Source of the DNA: Ignavibacteriae bacterium HGW-Ignavibacteriae-1
GTDB lineage: Bacteria > Bacteroidota > Ignavibacteria > Kapaibacteriales > UBA2268
Length of the DNA: 64,000 nt
Direction of reading: 5' to 3'
NCBI GenBank assembly: GCA_002839825.1
Contig: PGYU01000007.1
Span: 27,165-91,164 of the forward strand
Shown: positions 57,118 to 64,000 of the stretch, one piece after another
Numbering within the stretch: the first letter of the stretch is position 1
Layout: each line of letters opens with the position of its first letter
Notes under the pieces: generated by a model
What the model saw: only the letters and a program-made list of their open reading frames with translations
Told to the model about the DNA's origin: nothing
Database searches by the model: none
Program-made: the position numbers and the translations under genes

Positions 57118-59454
57118 ATGAAAAAAAGCTTATTAATTGTTCTAATTATGTTCCTATCCTCCGTTTACGGTCGTACTCAGGTTCTGTATATCAACGAAGT
57201 CATGTCGTCCAACAACCAATTCTACTTTGACGAAGACGGGGACGATAGTGATTGGATTGAAATTTACAACAATTCCGGCGAGCCTGTCAATCTCGCAGGA
57301 TACTGCTTATCTGATAAAGCATCGCAACTTAATTGCTGGAGTTTCCCCAATGTAGTGATTGAAGGATATGACTACCTTGTTGTATTTGCATCGAACAAGA
57401 ATCGCGCTGAAATAGGCAAAGAGTTGCATACGAATTTTGCAATAGCTGCCGATGGCGAGGACCTCTTTCTTAGCTACGGCGGGCAAATTGTTCATATGTT
57501 GCCGGCGAAGACGCTTGAGAGCAACACAAGCTATGGACTTTTCCCGGATGGTCATGACCAAACCTTCGTCTTTGCAAACCCCACTCCCGGTGCAGCCAAT
57601 TTTTACCAAGAATCAAATGAACAAGTGCATTTTTCGCATGTGGGTGGGATTTACGACCAAGTTTTTAATTTGGAGTTAGCAAGTAATCATCCTGAAAATA
57701 GAATATTTTATACAACGGATGGTAGCACTCCTACTGCCGAATCAATGTTATACGAATCCGCTCTTGAACTCGATACATCATTTCATTCTCAACGAAACAT
57801 ATCTCAAATTTTGGTTACACCACCATCGGCGCACCAAGCACCCGCCATTACTGATGTCCCAAAGGCTATAATCATCAAAGCAGCTGTTTTTGACGATAAA
57901 GGCAACATGATTAGCGAAGTTACAACTCATTCGTACTTTTTCCAATCATTAAATATAAATCATAATAGCCTTCCAATAATCTCGATTTCAGCGGATTATG
58001 ATGATTTGTTTGATTACCACACCGGAATTTTGGTTCCCGGAGTTAATTGGGATGCATCTAACCCCAATATTACCGGTAATTACGTACTTAGAGGAATTAA
58101 TTGGGAACGCGAAGCGTATGCCGAATTTTATGAATCAAATAATCAAATAGGATTTAAACAAAAGGTAGGTTTAAGAACTCATGGGGCAAATTCCCGTCTT
58201 AAATCACAAAAGGGGCTTAAAATTTATGCAAGAAGTAAGTATGTATTGTCTAAATTTAATTATAAGCTCTTCGATGATAGGACCACTAATATTTTTAACA
58301 CACTTATATTAAAACCATTTTCTGTATCATGGAATCTCACAGGTGCAGAAGATTACACTGCAAATAAATTGGTAGTAGGGTTGGATGTTGATGGTGTGGC
58401 ATCGCGTCCTGTGGTATTGTATCTCAATGGCGAATATTGGGGCGTATATTATATTTCTGAGAGAATTGATGAAGATTATTTAGAGACATATCACGATGTT
58501 GACCCGGATAATGTTGATATTATTGGAACTTGGTATGGTACTCCCGAAAGCGGAGACAATACAGCTTATCTGGAAATGTATGAATTTGTCAAAAACAATG
58601 ATTTCTCCGATGATGCAAATTACAAGGAAATTTGCAAAATAATTGATATTGATAATTTTATTGATTATCAGATTTTTCAAATATATATTGCCAATTATGA
58701 TTGGCCCGCAAATAATTTCAGATGTTGGCGTTCAAAAACTCCCGGTAGCAAGTGGAGATTTGCTTTCTTTGATGGTGATGCTTGTTTTATGAGTCATAAG
58801 AAAGATATGTTTGAACATGCTACAGATACATCCGACAACGTCTGGCCCACTAATGCCGGGTCTACTATGATTTTCAGGAAAATGTTGGAAAATGATATTT
58901 TCTTAAATAAATTCCTAATTAGAATAGAAAACATTTTAAATCAATTTTTATATTATAATAAATCTTCTGTTTTTCAAAAAACTGTATTTCATTTTTTAGA
59001 GCCGGAAATTACTAAACAAATTAAACGCTTTTCACATCCTATGGATTACGATGATTGGACATATATGATGATTGTATTAAATTATTTTTTAGAAGGAAGA
59101 ACATGTTCGCTAAAGGAACAAATTTACGAAAAATATGGAATTGACCTTTATATCATTGAATGTTTACATGATTCAGTTAAAGATGATCCCAAGTTCAACA
59201 ACACTCTCAAAATCTTCCCCAATCTGACAACAGGCAACTTTCGGATTAAATTTATTCCCAAGTATTCAGGTAATTATGAATTTTATCTGACAAATTTAAT
59301 GGGTGAAAAGATTTATTTAGAAAGTAGATATTTACATCAAGAGTTAGCACATACCGGCTTGTATAACATATCCTTATCACCCGGAATTTATTATATTGCA
59401 ATCCAAGGCGATAAGGAGTATTGTTCGGGGAAAATAATTATTATTACTGAATAA
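57118..59454 (+). CDS. CotH-kinase-family protein with an N-terminal lamin-tail domain and a C-terminal T9SS sorting domain.
   Basis: The track start at 57091 is TTG, and MKKSLLIVLIMFLSSVYG at 57118 is a signal peptide. The LTD region reads INEVMSSN...DWIEIYNNSGEPVNLAGYCLSD. The CotH-like region reads NGEYWGVYYISERIDEDYL...DWPANNFRCW. C-terminus: KIFPNLTTGNFRIKF...GIYYIAIQGDKEYCSGKIIIITE. Confidence 0.55.
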   Translation: MKKSLLIVLIMFLSSVYGRTQVLYINEVMSSNNQFYFDEDGDDSDWIEIYNNSGEPVNLAGYCLSDKASQLNCWSFPNVVIEGYDYLVVFASNKNRAEIGKELHTNFAIAADGEDLFLSYGGQIVHMLPAKTLESNTSYGLFPDGHDQTFVFANPTPGAANFYQESNEQVHFSHVGGIYDQVFNLELASNHPENRIFYTTDGSTPTAESMLYESALELDTSFHSQRNISQILVTPPSAHQAPAITDVPKAIIIKAAVFDDKGNMISEVTTHSYFFQSLNINHNSLPIISISADYDDLFDYHTGILVPGVNWDASNPNITGNYVLRGINWEREAYAEFYESNNQIGFKQKVGLRTHGANSRLKSQKGLKIYARSKYVLSKFNYKLFDDRTTNIFNTLILKPFSVSWNLTGAEDYTANKLVVGLDVDGVASRPVVLYLNGEYWGVYYISERIDEDYLETYHDVDPDNVDIIGTWYGTPESGDNTAYLEMYEFVKNNDFSDDANYKEICKIIDIDNFIDYQIFQIYIANYDWPANNFRCWRSKTPGSKWRFAFFDGDACFMSHKKDMFEHATDTSDNVWPTNAGSTMIFRKMLENDIFLNKFLIRIENILNQFLYYNKSSVFQKTVFHFLEPEITKQIKRFSHPMDYDDWTYMMIVLNYFLEGRTCSLKEQIYEKYGIDLYIIECLHDSVKDDPKFNNTLKIFPNLTTGNFRIKFIPKYSGNYEFYLTNLMGEKIYLESRYLHQELAHTGLYNISLSPGIYYIAIQGDKEYCSGKIIIITE

Positions 59455-59474
59455 ATAATAAAATTTGTTAAAAA

Positions 59475-60692
59475 TTACTGCCTCGGTACCATGCGAATGT
59501 TTTGTCCCCAGCGATTTTGTTCTTCCATTCGGCATGACCATACGAGCTCGTCGTTCCAAACTGTTATGTCGGGGCATCCGTCGCACATGTTGATTCGTCC
59601 GTCCTTGTGAATGTCGGCGGGTTGGATTATCATCACTGATTGAAAATGTAGTCGCGAGAAGAATGCACGCGGATTTGCAATGATGGAGCGGAAATAATTT
59701 TTAGCCACTTCGCGAATGCCTTTGTCAAAGGGCATTAACAAGAAATAGAGTCGTCCCATTTTCAAAAGTGAAGGGTTTGAATATGCCAAATAGCTGCCTG
59801 TGAATAGGTGCTTGAAAGTTTGGACAATTTCCATGAATTTTGGTCCGATATGCCCGAAAACTTGATGCTTATTGCCCATCCTTCCGGTGAAAAGCCATTT
59901 GTAGCTGTCAACTTTTTCGGTACCGTTCAAAAATGCCGAGGGAGTAAAATTCGGGTCATATTGTCTGATGATTTCGACAAGCTCGGGCGACGTAATGTCG
60001 GTACGGCGATTATCATCATTTTTCGAATACATCATTTCGTCGAATTCCACTTTTTCTGCGCCTACATAAAAATCGAAATCTTTGCCCAATATTGCCATTC
60101 TATAAAGTATGAAGACCATCACGTGGATTTTATCTATGTGTTGTTGCGCAAATTTCATCAAATCCGGCACATATTGAATGTTGTCGGGATAAATCGTAGC
60201 ATTGAATGAGCAAGATAGCCCGCCCACTTCGGCTATCATATTGGCATAAGTAAGTCGCAATTCGTTCAGTTCAATTTCGTTTTTGCCAGTCCATCCCTGA
60301 CGTTTTTGACCGCTATCAACATGGAAAGTGAATCCTTCGCAACCAGCTTTCTTCAACTCTTTCAGCATTTCAATTGTCAGCAAAGCGCCGTTTGAATTGA
60401 TAATCGGTTTCCAGCCGCGTTTGCGAACCATTCGGACGATTTCGACAATATCGGGGTGAGTAAGCGGCTCGCCGCCCGCGACTGAAACGCCATCGGTTTT
60501 GCGGTAACGTTCGAGCACATCGAGCTCGTGATTAATCTCTTCGAGAGTTTTGTGTGAGTTGTTGCGGTTTTCGCGGTAACATCCGTCGCAGTATAAGTTG
60601 CATTTGCTGGTCGGTTCGAGCCACGAAATTGAATTATCGGCAAAGTTCCAAGGGAGCCTGTAGAGATTTGTGGGAGAAAAGACTGTGTTCAT
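59475..60692 (-). CDS. Radical SAM protein (HpnH/DUF3463-like architecture).
   Basis: Cluster motif: EPTSKCNLYCDGCYRE (CxxxCxxC). GGEPL. A C-terminal Cys-containing extension reads MCDGCPD...WSC. Confidence 0.65.
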   Translation of the reverse strand: MNTVFSPTNLYRLPWNFADNSISWLEPTSKCNLYCDGCYRENRNNSHKTLEEINHELDVLERYRKTDGVSVAGGEPLTHPDIVEIVRMVRKRGWKPIINSNGALLTIEMLKELKKAGCEGFTFHVDSGQKRQGWTGKNEIELNELRLTYANMIAEVGGLSCSFNATIYPDNIQYVPDLMKFAQQHIDKIHVMVFILYRMAILGKDFDFYVGAEKVEFDEMMYSKNDDNRRTDITSPELVEIIRQYDPNFTPSAFLNGTEKVDSYKWLFTGRMGNKHQVFGHIGPKFMEIVQTFKHLFTGSYLAYSNPSLLKMGRLYFLLMPFDKGIREVAKNYFRSIIANPRAFFSRLHFQSVMIIQPADIHKDGRINMCDGCPDITVWNDELVWSCRMEEQNRWGQNIRMVPRQ

Positions 60693-60899
60693 TGCTTATC
60701 TCAATTTTATATTTTTAAAAAACACTTTTTTTACGAACTTAAAAATAAGAAAAAATCTCAAAGTGAAAAAATTTGGGGAGAGAAAAGGAAGAGTAGGGAC
60801 ACAGCGTCATGAATAAAACCATGGGCTATGATTTATCTGTGGAATGGTTTCCCTAAAACAAAAAAAGAGGGCTTTGATGCCCTCTTTCAGTGTGAATCG

Positions 60900-60972
60900 T
60901 GGTCAGAGAGGGAGTTGAACCCCCGACACGTGGATTTTCAGTCCACTGCTCTACCAACTGAGCTACCTGACC
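60900..60972 (-). tRNA. tRNA-Phe (anticodon GAA).
   Basis: The reverse complement GGTCAGGTAGCTCAGTTGGTAGAGCAGTGGACTGAAAATCCACGTGTCGGGGGTTCAACTCCCTCTCTGACCA folds into a cloverleaf. A hairpin plus T-run terminator lies downstream at 60862-60895 on the minus strand. Confidence 0.85.
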
Positions 60973-61053
60973 AAAATACAAGAATACAAAAGTAGTAATT
61001 TGAATTGAAATCACCAAATTTGTTCTGAAAATAGTGCTGAATTTTTTGTTGAA

Positions 61054-62202
61054 TTATACTTTTATATGCAAAATTTCCAATTTTTTGGATTCTGCCATTA
61101 CGAAAAGTATGATGTTTAGCTCGTCGCTGCTTGTTTCGGATAGAGTGATTTTCGTGGTTCTGTCTTTGTATGGCATCAGCGATGACTCGAGTAATGCGGT
61201 GTTCACGGGTTGTCCGCCTGTGGCTCCGGCAATTCCGTTGTCGAAAAGCACTATTTTGAGCGGGATATCGCGGTTGATTGCCTCTTGCAAGCCGATTATG
61301 CCGCATGATAAAAAGGCGAAATCACCGAGCACTGCCCACGCTTTGGTATGCCCGGCAAGGTAGGCTCCGATTGCGGTTGGGATGCTTCCGCCCATGTGGA
61401 GCGTGATGTCTATGCACGAATACGGTTCCAGTGCGAACAATGTTGGCAGGCTTGTGTCGCCGATTGTGACATCGCGTTTGATTGTCTTGAAAATCTCGAA
61501 AAATGGGATGTAGTCCTTTGTGACTCTTTGCCATTCGGGTGGCAATTGGGCTATTTGCGGCAATGTTGGCTTTGGGATGTCATCATGCGGCAGCGATGCA
61601 ATGCGGCGTTGCAGGACTTGGTATTGGTAATCTGCGAGTATCGGTGTGACCAGGTTTTTGTATATGTTGCGGCTATAGGGTTTGGTGCACGGCTTGTGTG
61701 TCATTTCGATATATTCGACATCGCTCTCAATATCGGCTGCATCAATCACTATAACGCAGGGCAGTCCGCTATTTTCGGATTTTTCGGTAGATTCTAACAA
61801 TGATTGCTGAATGTTTGCGGGCGTTGCGATGACTGTCTGAAGATTTGCACCTTTGACGATTGGCACTATATCAAAAATATTATCGGAATGAGTTCCGGTC
61901 TTGTCATCGAAAATGATAAATAGGAGTGAAGCGTTGACTCCGGACGTCATCACATCAATTATGCAGTTCATAGATTTGAGCAAACCGTGAGTTTTGATAA
62001 TGACTGCTGCTCTTGTTCCGGTGATTGCCACTCCTGCTGCCACTGCCGAAGCAATTTCCTCGTGATAACTGATTGTTAGTTGATTGCCAAATTTTTCGTT
62101 CAAGAGCTCAAATGTCTGATTAGCGCCATATCCCGGAACATATGTAATGACTCGGTAATCCAAATTGTACAAAGTTTCGGCGATTATTTTGGCTGTTGTC
62201 AT
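61054..62202 (-). CDS. Thiamine-pyrophosphate-dependent enzyme, ~380 aa, with fused Pyr and PP domains (phosphonopyruvate/sulfopyruvate decarboxylase-like).
   Basis: C-terminal TPP-binding motif: VLGDFAFLSCG...LFDNGIAGATGGQ. The N-terminal half looks like a Pyr domain. Confidence 0.45.
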   Translation of the reverse strand: MTTAKIIAETLYNLDYRVITYVPGYGANQTFELLNEKFGNQLTISYHEEIASAVAAGVAITGTRAAVIIKTHGLLKSMNCIIDVMTSGVNASLLFIIFDDKTGTHSDNIFDIVPIVKGANLQTVIATPANIQQSLLESTEKSENSGLPCVIVIDAADIESDVEYIEMTHKPCTKPYSRNIYKNLVTPILADYQYQVLQRRIASLPHDDIPKPTLPQIAQLPPEWQRVTKDYIPFFEIFKTIKRDVTIGDTSLPTLFALEPYSCIDITLHMGGSIPTAIGAYLAGHTKAWAVLGDFAFLSCGIIGLQEAINRDIPLKIVLFDNGIAGATGGQPVNTALLESSLMPYKDRTTKITLSETSSDELNIILFVMAESKKLEILHIKV

Positions 62203-62203
62203 T

Positions 62204-62917
62204 TTATGTCCTGTGGTCGAGGTGTTGTTTCATCAAATCGAAAGTTTCATTCATCAAGGTGTTTATTCCGGCTTCTCGGATGTACTCAATGTCAAATTGC
62301 TTTACAAATGTGAGTGTAACAGTTTGTGGGTTGATTTCAAATTTTCCTTTGGGCATCACATCGGCTGTACCTTTAATTGCAAGTGTTACGATGGCTTTGC
62401 CGCTTTTGGTTGCCAGCAGGAAGGCACCTTTTTTAAATTGCCCCAATGTGCCGTCTTCGGAGCGAGTACCTTCGGGGAAGATAATCACTGAATCTCCGTC
62501 GCTAATTGATTGGACTGCATGGCGAAAGCTTTGCATGGCATTTTGTGGGTCTTCTCGTTTGACCGAAATAAAGGGTGAAATCTTCAGGCACCACCCGAAA
62601 ATCGGGATTTTCTCGAGCTCTTCCTTGTACATGATTCGCGCATTATCTTTCAGCGATGAGAGCAGAACGGGTATATCGTAAAGCGAAGTATGGTTGGAAA
62701 TATAAACTACGTTTGAAATTGGGTAATGCACTTCTTGAGTGTTTAATTTGACTTTTATGCCGGAAATATCGAGCAATAATTTAGACCAAATGGCTGCGAG
62801 ACGGTGAAAATGATGTTTGCCAAAGACGAGCATAAGCAAAGTTGTAGTCAATGCAAAGAAAATCGTAACAATTGCAATCAGAATTAATCGCGATATTGTA
62901 ACGATTTTTTTTACCAT
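62204..62917 (-). CDS. plsC: 1-acyl-sn-glycerol-3-phosphate acyltransferase.
   Basis: N-terminal TM helix. Catalytic HxxxxD: NHTSLYD. Motif III: FPEGTRS. Confidence 0.8.
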   Translation of the reverse strand: MVKKIVTISRLILIAIVTIFFALTTTLLMLVFGKHHFHRLAAIWSKLLLDISGIKVKLNTQEVHYPISNVVYISNHTSLYDIPVLLSSLKDNARIMYKEELEKIPIFGWCLKISPFISVKREDPQNAMQSFRHAVQSISDGDSVIIFPEGTRSEDGTLGQFKKGAFLLATKSGKAIVTLAIKGTADVMPKGKFEINPQTVTLTFVKQFDIEYIREAGINTLMNETFDLMKQHLDHRT

Positions 62918-62935
62918 TCTTACCCAAACCTAATG

Positions 62936-63259
62936 CTAATTTTTACTCAATCCATTAGCACACATGACGTGACAAATCTTAAGAATTGTATAATCTCTGA
63001 TAGTATAGTATCTTAGCAAGCCCTGAGCGCGCGAATCTAAGAAACCGCAAGATTGGAGCACCTTGAGTTGCTTAGAAACATTTGCTTGTAATAGTCCTGT
63101 GGCACTGATAATATCGGTTACACATTTCTCGCCGGCAAATAAGCATCGTAAAATCTTGAGTCGCGATGGCTCAGATAAGGCTTTGAACACTTTCGATAAG
63201 TGCTCGATTTCAATATCGGTCAAGTCTGCTTGAGCAGTTTCTAATAAAGTTGCTTTCAT
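62936..63259 (-). CDS. ArsR/SmtB family transcriptional regulator.
   Basis: LSEPSRLKILRCLFAGEKCVTDIISATGLLQANVSKQLKVL is a winged HTH typical of ArsR. Confidence 0.8.
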   Translation of the reverse strand: MKATLLETAQADLTDIEIEHLSKVFKALSEPSRLKILRCLFAGEKCVTDIISATGLLQANVSKQLKVLQSCGFLDSRAQGLLRYYTIRDYTILKICHVMCANGLSKN

Positions 63260-63474
63260 ATCTTATACGCCTGTAACAATAAAAGTCAAATTTTGTCAAT
63301 TTATGTTTCAAATATACTAAAAAAAGGACAAATAGAGGGAGTAATAACAGTTTTAAAGGATATTTTATACTAAAAAAGTATAAAAATAATTCGTCATGCC
63401 TATAAAATAATTTTGGTTTATATCGTGTTAAATGTTTGGTAACTATAATTATGTAAAATTAATTTTGAAAAAAG

Positions 63475-63675
63475 ATGAATACCCATATACATACATGCGA
63501 TTCTTGTGGTGATGCAAAAGAAATCTATCTATTGCCAAACGAAAAGGCAGAAGATCTGGACGGTTGCGTTTGTTCACGAGATATTAAAAAAATCGGCAGA
63601 CATGACGAATCAAGTTTATTACGTATGATTGACCGCGATATCCGCCGTAAAGAAAGAAAAGAAAGCTCTCTATAA
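63475..63675 (+). CDS. Hypothetical small Cys-containing protein.
   Basis: 66-aa ORF with CDSCG...CVC. No family was recognised. Confidence 0.25.
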   Translation: MNTHIHTCDSCGDAKEIYLLPNEKAEDLDGCVCSRDIKKIGRHDESSLLRMIDRDIRRKERKESSL

Positions 63676-63708
63676 TTTTGTAGCTTTTTCAATTATCATA
63701 AGTTTTAT

Positions 63709-64000
63709 CTAAAAGTCTTTGGCGTTTGGATAAAACTTTTCATTTGTTTTAGCCATTTTCGCTATAATTGGCGATGTTCTGTAACGATCTTCGTGATACA
63801 TTTCGTACAAATCACTAAGCCTTGAAGCTACAAAATCCAATCCTAATTCATCAGCCCATTTAAACAATCCTTTCGGATAATTTACGCCGTTAAGCATTGC
63901 CAAATCTATGTCTTCTTTGCTTGCGATATTATACATCAATGTGTCTGCGGCTTCGTTGATGAGCATCACAATAATCCTTTCAAAAATCATACTATCGAGT
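63709..64000 (-). CDS. 3-hydroxyacyl-CoA dehydrogenase C-terminal domain (5' end beyond the window).
   Basis: ERIIVMLINEAADTL...ASKEDIDLAMLNGVNYPKG...GLD matches the 3HCDH_C signature. The ORF continues past the window end. Confidence 0.75.
   Translation of the reverse strand, partial: LDSMIFERIIVMLINEAADTLMYNIASKEDIDLAMLNGVNYPKGLFKWADELGLDFVASRLSDLYEMYHEDRYRTSPIIAKMAKTNEKFYPNAKDF

Noticed and set aside
1-64000. CRISPR arrays.
   Set aside because: No regularly spaced direct repeats of 25-40 bp with unique spacers were seen. The repeats present are palindromic singletons or coding tandem repeats.

Overview
AT-rich 64-kb chromosomal window. Gene content points to a T9SS-bearing FCB-group bacterium (Bacteroidota/Ignavibacteriota-like): at least 8 proteins end in a Por-type C-terminal sorting domain, and multiheme cytochromes are abundant. 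Core genes present are queC, holA, nadB, an ABC ATPase, smpB, gpx, plsC, an ArsR regulator, tRNA-Ser(GCU) and tRNA-Phe(GAA). Three accessory blocks stand out. (1) An 11-kb inner-membrane multiheme cytochrome island (43970-55270) holding about 52 CxxCH heme motifs by my count. It has a 19-heme c-type cytochrome fused to an FdnI/HydC-like cytochrome b, a 13-heme cytochrome followed by NrfC-like and NrfD-like genes, and a 13-heme cytochrome followed by a cytochrome b fused to a 7-heme domain. This resembles the Geobacter CbcL/ImcH/Cbc quinol oxidoreductase logic but with novel fusions, and the same ~130-bp repeat lies 3' of both cytochrome-b fusion genes. (2) Two paralogous two-gene cassettes (4638-7269 and 29569-33367): a large surface fibre-like protein (one copy has a phage tail-fibre S74 chaperone C-terminus) plus a small partner. 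The partner's ~150-aa internally duplicated C-terminal module is grafted at ~90% DNA identity onto a third multi-repeat protein (36066-36545). The second cassette lies next to tRNA-Ser. (3) Two paralogous pairs of an ECF sigma factor with an anti-sigma-like single-pass membrane protein that carries a T9SS C-terminal domain, sharing an upstream motif. Also present are a lone phage terminase large subunit, a frameshifted HExxH peptidase gene, a CCGTCAG palindromic repeat family and a CotH kinase with a lamin-tail domain.
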